The notes below the pieces were generated by a model. It was given only the letters and a program-made list of their open reading frames with translations, made no database searches and was not told the DNA's origin. DNA of 64,000 nt from Klebsormidium nitens (taxonomy: Eukaryota > Plantae > Klebsormidiophyceae). Below are positions 48,301 to 59,900 of the stretch, piece after piece (position 1 is the stretch's first letter; every line of letters starts with the position of its first letter). The position numbers and the translations under genes are program-made. The stretch spans positions 1 through 64,000 of the forward strand of contig DF236966.1 in assembly GCA_000708835.1 (NCBI GenBank), given 5' to 3'.

Positions 48301-49706
48301 GAACTCTAGAATGGTTGATGGTGTTCTTCTGCGACGGAGTAGTGCCGCAGGAAGGTTTTGCTCCTTAATCAACTTAGTAAACGGTATTTCACCACCAGGA
48401 AATTGCTTGAGTAGAAAGGACATAAAACTAAAGTCGAACAAAGCTGCGGATCTTTTTCTTGCTCGTGCTCCTGGTAACGAAGAACAACCTTCCGAACCGG
48501 AAGCGAAGATGCCGTCCGTCTTCCACCTCACACAAACACCGTCCGTTGTTGCCGTCACAATCTAGGGCCCTACTTCGCTGTTGGCAGAGAGCATTAGATG
48601 CGAATCCGATCGGACGATTCAAAGGTCGGAAGCTGGGGGCTGCCCCCATCAATTGATGGTTTCGACTTTTTTCGTTGGGCCCATGAGCGTGCCCACTGAC
48701 TGACGCCCGTCATCTCAGTCTCTGAGCTGCCTGAGTAGGGGGATACTCGGGACCACCTTGGGCCCCTTGAACATTTGTTTTCGACGGATGGTTCGCCAGT
48801 GCCCACAAAGGCGCCAAGAATCTGACATATTGGCGATTTCCGCAGATTTCGCACCTGATGTATTGCAGACTGGCCGTGCAACATCTTGGTGCGAGTTTAA
48901 GGTGCCCGAGCAGGTTTGATAGCCATCAGTAGAAATCGCTGCTCTAAAGCCAGGACTCCGCTTCACTTGACTGTTCCAACTCACCGTTGTCCAAAGCTCT
49001 CACTTTCCAGACGCCCTAAAACGCCCCGTAAATTTCCACTTCCTCACAGGGGCCAAGAACGTTAACCAATCCTGATTAGGCTGCGGATATCCGCCTTTCT
49101 ACCAGACGAAGCTTGTAAATAATTAGCTTACCATAACCCCATAAGCACTTCTGGTTAGGAAACGGAACCTTCTAACCCCTCCAAGCCCCGCCCGGCAGGC
49201 CGGAACCTGCTCGGGAAATCCAAGCAAATCTCGTCGTACCCCTTGACCGATTCTGGTTAGGAACGAAATTACCTTCTGACCCCTCCAACCTCTGTGCGGC
49301 AGGCCGGAACCCGCTCGGGAACTCCAAGCAAATCTCCTCGTACCACAACCTGGAGTGCTGCCTGCACGTCCTCAGCGGCTTCAGCGAAGCCCCCAAACCC
49401 TTTGGCGCCGCCTTCAGCCGCGACTTCGCCCTGGTCAACAAGATCGGTAACGTGCTTAACCCGCGGTTTGGCATCTCGCCGAACTGGCTCGATACGCTGA
49501 CCCCCAATGTCACGCGCGCGGACCCGGGTGGCGCGATCATTCAGCCGTACGCTGACCCCGTGAAAATCGAGTATGCTCCCGTGACGGACGAAGTGAAGCT
49601 CGAAAGGAGTGACAACAAGAGGAAGATTGGGCACGGTCCTGGGAAAGAGCCGTGGCCGCTGTGCAAGGACTTTATCGCGAGGTATATGAGTAAGAAGGAA
49701 GCTTGA
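42306..49706 (+). CDS. Lipase class 3, DAD1/phospholipase A1-like, with a large hydrophobic insertion; 7 exons: 42306-42494, 42914-43119, 43812-44084, 44724-45471, 46382-46620, 47837-48090, 49303-49706; about 770 aa
   Basis: WTALRGKHDWKG, LYGEAAEATYD, WIGYVA, VAWRGT, VHEGF, GHSLG (Ser), IRVVNKPDVV (Asp), YHNLE (His) and RDFALVNK. Phases are consistent. Exon 1 and the exon 6 acceptor choice (47801 is an alternative) are less certain. Confidence 0.88.
43320..43560 (+). repeat. About 121-bp tandem repeat (2 copies) in lipase intron 2, resembling the exon 3 acceptor
   Basis: caagagct...gaacaagat...tttcaaaacag|gttgagcaag..gcttctg repeated, with AG ends at 43391 and 43512. It resembles cag|gtttccaaaggagcgcctg at 43811. 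Confidence 0.8.
45575..45990 (+). repeat. Three degenerate tandem copies (147-153 bp period) of the lipase exon 4 3' end and donor
   Basis: gaaaccc...ccc(a/c)g(g/a)|gtgagc units with donors at 45623 and 45770 and a GT-to-AT mutated site at 45923 (functional donor 45472). Confidence 0.85.
46680..46895 (+). repeat. Two copies of the lipase exon 5 3' end and donor
   Basis: gggccgcgcgtggg...tttgccag|gttggt repeated with donors at 46731 and 46886 (functional donor 46621). Confidence 0.85.
49150..49250 (+). repeat. Duplicate of the lipase exon 7 acceptor and first 42 nt
   Basis: cggcag|GCCGGAACCtGCTCGGGAAaTCCAAGCAAATCTCgTCGTACC has 3 mismatches in 42 nt and lies 104 bp upstream of the functional acceptor at 49302. 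Confidence 0.9.
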
Positions 49707-50843
49707 ATAGAGAAAACGGCCACCGGCCTTGTTTGAATATGTGTTTGGGTATGCCGTTGTTGAAAATGATAAGCTGTGTTGACCATTAAGGCTCTTCGTA
49801 TGTATCTGAGTAACTTTCCTTATACAGTTATTTATTGATGATGCAGTGAGTTTGTCCGAGGATAGAACCTACTGACTATACGACAATGTTAAAGTTATAT
49901 AGAACAAGGCGGGTCATCCCTGTCGATATATTGATTTGCAACTTCGCATGACAATTGTAGCCTGAGTCGATCCGATCCCTCGCAACATGTTTCGATTGTG
50001 ATGCTCTGCTGCGGCGGCATACACGATGCAACTTTGGTGCAGTCTAAGCCTCAAAAGATTCAATGATTTTGGGTACAGCGAAGGGCCGCCGCCCAGGCGT
50101 TATAGTTCAGATTGAAACTAGGCTTAGTAGCCCAGAGGTTTTATTTTATGCATGACGGTCTGTACGCCATCGAATTATGCATGTTTCAATTGCGCATATG
50201 CACTGATAGGGACGTGCCGGATGTAATCACGGAATGTATCGGACGAGAATATATGCCGGCGTTTTTGCGCAAGTGCAGCTTGAGCTCGGCACGTAAACAT
50301 GCGTCGTGCATGTGCGTGGCAAACTGAGCTATACAGCTCGCAAGTCAGTACACACTTTCGCCTATGCGGGCGTCCAACTTTATATTGGACGGTCCAATAC
50401 TTAATAAAAAGCATTGGGTTCTTTTACAGACATTACATGCACTCGACGTGCTCGATCGTGCACGTGTGAGTCATGATGGGATGCCTGCATGATCCAAGGA
50501 CGTACCGTAAGCTAGGGTCGAGGCGGCACTGCATTGATCGTGTTGGCGGTCGCTCGCAAGTTGCAGTGACCGTCTTAGCACAACCGCGGCGACACGTTAA
50601 TTGCACATACATGGAGCAAGCTTAGGGCGGAGAAGGATTTCACTCCCGGTGTTAATTTGTTTCGATAAGAGCAGGCGCCACTAGCGAACTTTAAAACGGC
50701 ACAACAACCATGTGCTTGAGACGTGTCATGCAGCAACTGGGAAACCCACGCTTCATGCAACCAAGCACAACCTCATGCAAGGACCTTGTGCCTGTATGTG
50801 CTGACAACAAGATGCACCGCAAAGAGAGCGCAGTTTTTATGCT

Positions 50844-53800
50844 TTATCGATGTTGCAGAATAGATTCGGCCTGTGCGGCACTCAGTCTCCGGATGCCGTG
50901 GCCTTTCAATTCTTCTACTGCGGAGGTTTCCTTGCTTTGCCCCGTAAGAGCCCCTTGCAACGACCGTGCAGCATGCCCCGGCAGGTTGAGTAGCGTCAGG
51001 GCGTCCGAAAGCAACCGGAAGTGCGCAAGCGGGCGACCCGTGAACGGACGGAAAACGGACGCCAGCGCTTCCAAATCCGCTTGGAGCTGCGCCGTGCCGG
51101 TCTTTGCAAAGTGGCTGCTGCCCAGTACAACCTGAACGGATTACACAATGCTGGGTGAGAGAAACGGACAATCCCTCAGGCACACCTTGTTGCGTTCTGG
51201 TTTCCATACTTGATAGCTGCGCACTTCCAGATGAGGGATCGACAGAACGTGTGAACAAGGTAGCTTAACCAAAAGGGGGAGTGCCTGCAACACCAAGTCA
51301 GTTAGCGAGGTCCGACAACGGGTCTTCTGTCAAAGAACTCCGGAAGACTCCTGTCTCGACATCCAATAAGCGGCTGTCGAGACAGGTGTCTTCCGGAGTT
51401 CTTTGACAGAAGAAGACAGGAGGGAAAGCTCACGGCGTTTCGACCTGCAAAATGATGGATCAATCTTTGGAAATCTGCAAAACGAGGAATCGTATTGACC
51501 CCGCAAGATCTACGCTACAACAGCCCACCTTATCTAGAAGCAGCTGGTCGATCGCTGCCGCCACTCTTCTCCACAGTTTCGTGAACAGCTCCTCATCGAG
51601 CGCCACGTGGAGGGCCAGGAGCTGCGATCGGAACGCCGACAGGGCGTCGACCAGAGTCGGCGACACGTCCACCACTAGGGGGATCCCCCCGGGCTGCGGG
51701 CTAGGCTCCGCCGACGAGTTACCGCTAACCCGGTTCTCAACCCCGCCTGCCCCTCTGTCGGGCAAGTTGTCGAGGTTGAACGTCACCCGTCTTTTCCGTT
51801 TTGCAGCGGCCTTGTCTTCTGGGGAGGGAGTGTGGGCTGTGTCGGATCGGGAGGGACGTCTAGAGGTTTCCCCGGACAAGCGGGGAGTGGCTGAGGTGCT
51901 TGGGATGTCTTGACTTCCGTCCCGGAGACTGCTTGGGTGGGAGTCTTCGGACCAGCGCTTCTTGTTTCGTTGATACTCTTCCGTTCTGCTCTCAAATTGG
52001 CGGACCTGGAAAAACGAAAGAGATTGTTTTCAATGCCCAAAGAGTCGACACTACCTTGACGAAGAGCCTGACGAGGCCTCTGACACTGTATCTGCTTACA
52101 CCAAAAGCATTCATTTGATATAAAAGAGTGGATCTGCCCGTATGGCCTTCGAGAGCAGAAGTTCGGGTAGAAGTCAACGACCGACGGATCCAGCTTAGAG
52201 TCAGTGAAGTTCGGGGCTTTCAATTTGGAACGTAACTCTCTGCATTGACGCGACAGGACGAACGTCAGCAACTTGCTACAGTAACTTGAGCAGCTGCCAA
52301 TCCAGCAACAGCCGCCCAAAACCTCGACGGATAGTCCGAGCAGATTCCATAGACTTTAGAGAATGCCAAACGCGTGCTGACGTCACCTCACCATGGCGCT
52401 GACGAGCTTCCCGAGCCACTCTTCCTGCAGCTCCTGGGCCCGCCGCACCTCCTCGTCGAACACACTCCCCGTCTCCCCCCCCTCCCCGGCCCCCCGTTCC
52501 GACCCCCCTGCCGCAGAAGTGCCCACGTCCAAGTCCCACCCATCACCGACTGGGGCACCGCTTGTCCTTGTTCTAGTTGTCGCCGCTGCTTGGAGCTCAA
52601 TGAAGAACAGCTCATCGCTCCAATCGTGCATCTGCTGTTCGATGAAGTGAAGCCCGTTGAGGCCTGCGGCTATTCTCACCATGTCGGCGTCATGGGCCAG
52701 GCTGGTGAGGCCCTGGATCTCCTGGCACCTATGTGAATAGGCACGTGCAACCATATGAGCGGTGGGGCAACAGCAACTAAATGCGCCTAGTATGGGAATA
52801 ACAATCAAAGGCATCAACCGCCGCAAAAGGGCTTGTGTATGTCTGCATGTCTTCTGCTTTCGAGACGACAAAAGAGAACGATAGATGGAGAAGGGTGAGT
52901 GCTTCGAGTGAAGAGCAAAAAGTCTCGGGCGAAGTGATTGATTGGACCTGGCGAAATCTCGAACCGAACCGTACCGCAACTACACGATTAATCTGGTTCC
53001 CGTGTATTCAAAACCCGAGCAAGAAGGTCAAGCGAAAGACGAAGATGCATCAATGGCGGTGACAATCACAATAACTGTCTTCACGAAGCCCCTCAGTTGG
53101 CCGCCACGTCAGCCAGTCCGTTTCATTGCCCCCTCACGAATCGAATTCAATCGTTTAGCAGGACTGAACGAACACAATTTCCAAGGGTTGCGGAAAGGCT
53201 CAGAATATGTGGCCAAAAGAACCGGGAATGAGGCGCATTATTCCAGGGTGCACAACTGAAAAGTGACTCTAACGGAACGGTTTTTGTTCACTAAGGAGTC
53301 TCCTTCTCGACCAAGAGACCGTCACTCACTTGTCTTTTACTTTTTCCTCATACCGTGCCAGCAGCGGCAGCGTGACCGCCTCGACGAACGCCAGCCGATG
53401 ATCCGCCCGGGGCAGCGTTCTGCACCGTTCGATTGTTGCCTGGAGGAGTCCTACAACCCCCTCCGCATTCATTGGCGGGCGAAACTCCGATCCGCTTGGC
53501 CCGACATCATTTGCTTCTTCCGACCAATCGTCCCCGTTCTCCCCCTTGGTGTGGACGATTTCCCAACCACTGTCTTTCACCAGGATCGCTTTGGCCTTTC
53601 TCTGCGCGTCCTCCAGTTCCAGCCTTGACCAAGTTCTTAACCACGCGTCCCTTTCGGCGAACACCCCAACGGTGGCCGGGTAACCGGGTTCCGTTAGCCC
53701 TAACCGGATACCGCTGCTCCCTGCTACAAGCTTTTGCATTTGCTTGTCGAAGACCAGCGCCTGGTCGACCGTGAGCAACCACAGAACGGCATATGCCTCT

Positions 53801-55891
53801 CTGTCCTCTTCCAGTTTCTGCATCAGGAACGGCAGCCCGCGCTCCCTCAGGTGCGCGCTAGCTAGCGCGCCTGCCACGGCCTTAACCCACTCCTCCCGCG
53901 CGCTAACCCCGACCAAACCCGCCTTTTCCAGCAGGAGTTGCAGCCCCGCATCCGCTAACCCGACATGGTCCTGAGCGACCTTTAAACAGAGGGCGAAGGC
54001 GAACTCCGGTTGGTCGACCCATTTGCTCAGGTGCGGCTCCGCCTGCTTAGCTATTGGCTCGACCAGGGCCTGGAACGTCCATAACGGATCCGATTCTAAA
54101 CCCGAACCCCCAGTGCTCTCGAGAACCGACCCCCCTCCTGACCGACTCCGCACTTCCCGTGCGCTCTGAACTACTTGCAGCAGCGAGAGGGTCCCGAAAC
54201 TGCTGCGAAACTCGTTTCCTTCGGATCCATCAAAGTGGAGAAGTGTGCCGTCCTCGTCTGTGGCTTCGCTGCCGGGAAGAAGCGGCGGGGGCCAATTCAC
54301 ACTTGAGAGAGAGGCCCTGTAGATCTGGTCAAGGGCGGGGCGGATGCCAGCCAACCCCTGGTCTAATCGCAGGTCAACAGCCAGTAACAGCCGCCACCAC
54401 TGGGGCTGCATACAGGGAGAGTCGCTTTCTGAGATCACTATGTAGGCTTTGGAGCACTGTGAATCACTCAATCGAACATTCGACAGCTCTCAGAGAAAAC
54501 GGAAGCCTCGCTTTGAGCCCCACGTTCTCAGGACCAGTTGAGAGCCGCCAAGCTCTCAAGACCAGTTCATCTTCAAAAACATTTGTAGAATGGTAAAACG
54601 AACAATATGCTGGCCGAGAGAGCGATCGACCTCGGTCAAATAAACGATAGGCTGGGGGCGAGAGCGATTGACTTCGGCAGAGTTGACGTTGTTCCAACAT
54701 GCATTGTTTCAAAGATCAATGTCTGTGTACATATCCTGTTTCTGGCTACCATATGAGGGAGAGTGATCGGTTGTAACAAGCAAACCGACTTCATTGCAGA
54801 GGGCGCCTTGCAAAGGGCCCGCAAATCGACACTCACAAACGGCCCAATCATAAAATCGCAGTGCGAGCGTCAACACTTACATGCGTCCTTGCAAAGTCAG
54901 CAGCCAGCGTGGTGGTATTCTTGAACGCTTCAACCGCTGGGACCAATCTGTCAAGCTTTCCGCTCCGAGCCCTGTTGGCCTCAGCAATGTGCTCCTCCAT
55001 GTCAATGACAGAGCTCTCCAACTGAAGGAGTGCCTGGACGTAGATCCGGACCTGACAGACAAAACAGGGAACGTGAGCTCCATATCATAACAGCACCAGG
55101 CAGAAAAGGGATGATTCTACTTGACAATCTACGTCATCTTTTGTTTCTTTGTCACTTTCTCTTTTCTCACCCGCAGAGCGCCTAAAGTCACTCAAAGAAG
55201 TACGCACCCGTTGATAGGAATAAGTTCTGTTGCTCTAGAGACTGAATGCAAAACTTAAAGCGTAGATGCTATTTTTCAATGTGGATCCCTCATTCTGAAA
55301 GATCAGCTAAGCCTGGCAACCACTCAGACACATGCACGTCGTAATATTTGACATGCTGCTAGTCAGGACCTTTGAAGGCCATTGCAGACAAGACTTGGTG
55401 AGCGCCTCTTGCCAACTCAGCTTCTTGTCTTCTATCTAGATTGCATGCACTGCACATATCTTTCAGGACTCTGAACGGCAAATTGTTTGAAGGCACCACC
55501 AAAGAAGTTTCCAAGTATCCATGCCTTCTAGTACCTTTTCAACGCGTGCCACCTCGTGCGCTAGTTCGGCCAGCCTGCACACCAACGGCGTCGACTCCGC
55601 ACTCGCCGCCTCCGCATCATCCTTGGTCCTTCCCACCCTTTCTGCCAGGCTTGAGAGTGCTGCTAGCGCCTTCTCGCTCTGTTCGCAGGCGCGGGCGGCC
55701 TCTCTGGCTAAGCGCGCCTCCAACCTTGTGTTTCTTCTCAGAAGGTTTGTGTGCTCTTCAGTCAAGGACTCCAGGATGAATGGTGCGGACGAAATGCTAT
55801 CTGATGTTGTGAACCAAGTGTCCAGGAAGGACACAGCATCAGAAGGAAGTTTAGTGAGCCCACCGCTGATGGGTTTCGAAGCAACAGCCAT
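50844..55891 (-). CDS. RINT1/TIP20-family tethering protein (MAG2-like); 6 exons: 55535-55891, 54881-55051, 53330-54405, 52392-52728, 51529-52005, 50844-51131; 901 aa
   Basis: SSVNWPPP, LWTFQALVEPI, WVDQPEFAF, WLLTVDQALVFDKQM, CRTLP, QQMHDWSDELFFIEL, FTKLWRRVA, QLQADLEALASVFRPFTGRPLAHF. Phases are consistent (2706 nt). Confidence 0.9.
51323..51413. repeat. Near-perfect inverted repeat (39-bp arms, 1 mismatch, 13-nt loop) in RINT1 intron 5
   Basis: Left arm 51323-51361 (TCTTCTGTCAAAGAACTCCGGAAGACTCCTGTCTCGACA) is the reverse complement of 51375-51413 except at one position. Confidence 0.95.
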
Positions 55892-56914
55892 TGTTTTAAG
55901 CACAAACACTTCTGCACAAGTGAAACGACGCCTGAAAGATCACGCTGCATTTGCCATCGTGCCCTTCAATTATGCTGCTATTTGCCACTCCCTAGCCAAT
56001 GCAGAATTCAGGGAAGGTACTGCCACACTAAAGGAGCCCGGGTCAACAGGCGACAGGAAGAAGATCAATCTGTAAGGCGTGACGGCTCCAGACGAAGCCA
56101 TAACCAATGAAGCCTGCGCCCTTCTATTGAAAGTTGCACGAGACTCGCAGTTCTAAATGTGACTTGTGAAGTCATATTTAGAAATCACATCAGAAGTCGT
56201 AAGAACATGTCCTTGCGAACAGCACTAACAATGCCCTGTACCCACACTCCGCCCCATGCCTTTGATTCGCACGGGCTATAAGAGAAGTATCCATCAGCAG
56301 CCCGAAGAACAGCAGCGAGGCGGGGACAGGTGGGGAAAGGAAGATCCAGCAGCAGAAGCCCCCACCAACCGAACGTGCTTTAGATTCTAGATCTATAGAA
56401 AATCTTTGCAAGCGTTGCCTTATTCTGGTTCCTGAAAGAGCCGGATTCTTAACCGAGACAAGAAGATCATCACAGTTTCAACAGTTCAGATCGGCATTCG
56501 TCTAGCTTTCCCTACCCCGTCCGTGATGAGCTGAGTCACTCCATGTCTCATAGAGTGTTGTTGAACTTGAAGCTACCTAGGGAGCTTTGCACATGGGCAA
56601 CACCACTTGCCAGCACTGGTAGCTCACTTCTCACGTTCTGTGGTGACATCTCCGCTCCTATCTCAACTGGCTTCTCCTCGAGCTCAGCACCATGCAAAAA
56701 ATCTAAGATTTGAGCTGCGGGTCCCCATCTTAGCGAGAACTTCGCAGCCAGAGACACAGAGTTGCAACGTGGGTGATAGACTCTGAGGATTCCAGCCGCT
56801 TTTGTCAGAACCACCGTCCGTGTGGCTTGACGCATCACTTCCTCAGCAAAGAGTGCTTCCTGCGGTTGTGGTCGCCAGCAAAGCCACCTCCAAAGCCTTG
56901 TGCAGTCAAGCGCC

Positions 56915-59900
56915 ATGGCTGTTTCTCCTGTAAGACAAGCATGCTCGTTGGCCGTCATGCTCCGAATCTCCGGGCCTGTGAGTAACCACTCTGCCTTTCA
57001 CGGTTCTTTGTAACGTTGATGATACAGTGGTATGTTTTCAACTTTCTCAATCATGCGCCCCATGTCTAGCCCTTTTCAGGCCCCTAGCAAGCTGTTTCAA
57101 GCCCTGTCGCTAGTGCCCAAGGAGCTAGGCATCTGTTGTTTCTTGAAAGAATTTCTGTTGTTTGAATTGGTGGTGTGTTACGAGAAGAGGACATAGCTTC
57201 AGTAGATCAGGTGTGGATGAAACCTTTGATTGTGGCCCCTTCGTCTGCGCGTGCTAGCATCCATAGCAAGGTGGCATCAGAAGTTTTAAATTTCGTTGTT
57301 TAGACGAAGACTGCAGTAGTGAGGCCTCAGCGATCACCGCACCTAAAGCAGCTCCAAAATGAACTCTGCATGCTCTTCATGCAGGACCCCAAGAGCCGCA
57401 AGATGCGCCAGCACGCCTTCTTCCAGAGCAAGAACGGCATCACTACCTTGTCCGCCTCTGGCCTCTGCCTCCCCTCCCCCCCCCCTCCAAACCAGCTGCG
57501 GAACACCCCCCTAAATGAGCTGCTGATCATCACGGATGCGTCGCTTGTTGAGCCCTTTCTCCGCCAACCAAGCACTCAGCCTGCTCACAGTTCGATGCCA
57601 GAGTTGCCAAGTCCTTTTGGGCCGAGCAGCAGAGGGGTCCTTGTAAGAGCCCCTGTCCAGAGAAGGGAATATGATGGAGGGGCAAAGGAGGAGCTCCTGC
57701 CAGGAACAAAAATTGTGGCGCTCTTTGACGAGGAGAGCGCGGTGCAAGGGTGGCAAGAAGGGGAGCTTGTTGCAGTGGTGAGCTGGTCTTTTCGTTGACA
57801 AGTCACCTGATGTAGATGTGTTCCTGTAGCGGTTAGATTAGCATATTGTTTTGAGCCCTCTTGCATGGGGCCTAAGTTACCTTCCTTCTCTTGATGCTCC
57901 TTGTTCAGTCAACTCTCGGTACGGTGTTTGAGATGACAGGAGTCTTAGCTTTGACAGAAGGATGGACCCTTCAGCTGGGGTTTGACGGGTCACTTTCAGG
58001 GGTCTGGACAGTACCTCGTTCTCGAATCTAGAACTACGAAAAGATGTTTCTCTCTTTCCATTTGGAAACATCTTGAGGTCTGTTACTGCTTTCTGGCAAT
58101 TTTGAAAGAATCTCGATCAGTCTTTTGCCCAGCCTTTTGCATTTTTCAGCTACTCCCTTCCTGCAGCATTTGTTTCAGTACAAGCTTGCACCTGCGAGGC
58201 ACTCCATTGAGTTGCGATCCGCTGCAAAGCTGTTAAAAGGACTTGTACGAATTGCCAGCTCCTATGTGACTTGCTCATTACCCGCCCTTCTCTTTCTCTC
58301 TTTTCTCAGGTCGATGTCCCCTCTGCAACCGAGGCGCTTCACTCCATTCTGAGCTCCCACTCTAGCATCGACAGCGGGGGCTGGCAACTCGGCTGGCATC
58401 TCGTGTCAGTTGACAAAGCCCCCACCCACCAAAGGCCCCCGCCCCCACCAGTCCGCTCCGCCCCCACTTCGTCCCATTTAGAAGCCGCAGATCCTTTGAC
58501 CGAAAACCTTGGTCATGGCTTCTACTCAGAGGGTTCTATTCAGGGGTCTGGCTCTGGTTGGGACAGCGTGACGTCACGAAAGGAAGTACGGGATGCCGGG
58601 GTCGCGGTGCAGACTCGAGACTCGGCGCCGAAGCCTTGGAGCTTGCACCGGAGTACGGTGTCTGAGAAGGAGGGGAGCGGGCTAGTGGGGGCTCCGTCTC
58701 GAGTGCGGCTTGCGGTGCTTAGAGTAAACCTTGCGTCTGCTCGGAAGTGGGTTCCTGCCAAGCTGCAGTTGGATGATCCCTCAAAAGAGTCGACTTTGAG
58801 AAGAAGCTTGTTACCGGCAGCATTTCCTACTGAACGGATGATTTCAAGCTCGGCACTAAACCTTAACGACAGCCGGGGGTCGAGAGACGCAGACGCAGTT
58901 TCCCGGGGTCCAAAAACCGAGGCCCTGTTCTCGAACTCCCCTCTCACAAACAGGGCTCATCCCCAGCCGAAGCTCGTCTCAGCAGGGCCTCTCCGCCGAG
59001 GCGACTTCCTAGCCGCCGTAGGGTCTCCGTTCGGGGCCCTGTCGCCGGGCCACTTCGCCAACAGTGTCTCTGTGGGCGTGTTGTCGAACTGGTGGCACGC
59101 GGACGAAAACAGGGCCCCGATTCTGCTGGCGGACATGAGGTGCTTGCCAGGCATGGAGGGAGGCCCTGTCGTGGACGGGAGCGGCGGCTTGGTGGGCCTG
59201 CTGTGGCGGCCACTCAGGCAGCGTAACAGCGGGGCTGAAGTGCAGGTGGGTGTGACAATATTCCGATATCATCCTTCCCGTTTGTGATCACTGTCTAGCA
59301 TGATACAAAGGGATCCTGAGATTCTAGTTACTGCTGGCTTACCTCTCTGTCAATCTTCGAATCAGAATACCATTGCTCTGCTGGCTTGACGCTTGGAAGA
59401 CATTTTGTGCATGACTATCGTGTAGCTTTTTGAAACTTAAACCTCACTTTCTTGCCACCTACTCTGATTATACCCGAACATTTTTTTTTCTCCTGTACTT
59501 TCCGGTCAAAGTCTTGATTTGATGTAAATGTATTCTCGACTAGTTCTTGACAGTATGCATGATTCGGCGCAACTTTGTGTTCCAGCCTTCTGGTCTTGGT
59601 ACAGGCGTCCATCAGTCCACGCCGACGAGTATGTCCGTTCTTGTGCCTTCCGAACGTGCTCTCAGAATCTGACAAAGCTCAGAACCTCACGTCCGCATCA
59701 ATGTAACCATACGTTTAAATCACAGATCGTTCAAGCGTTCCCCGGTTGATCGTTCGTCCCTTGCGTACATACACCTCAACAGCTGAACCTAATACACTCT
59801 CCATTCATGATTGGCAACGACATAGAAAGTGAAATTATCCCCAGAAGTTTGCCGCACCACCAAGGCTGGCTTGTTTTTCTTCGATTGCGGAATTTGCTGT

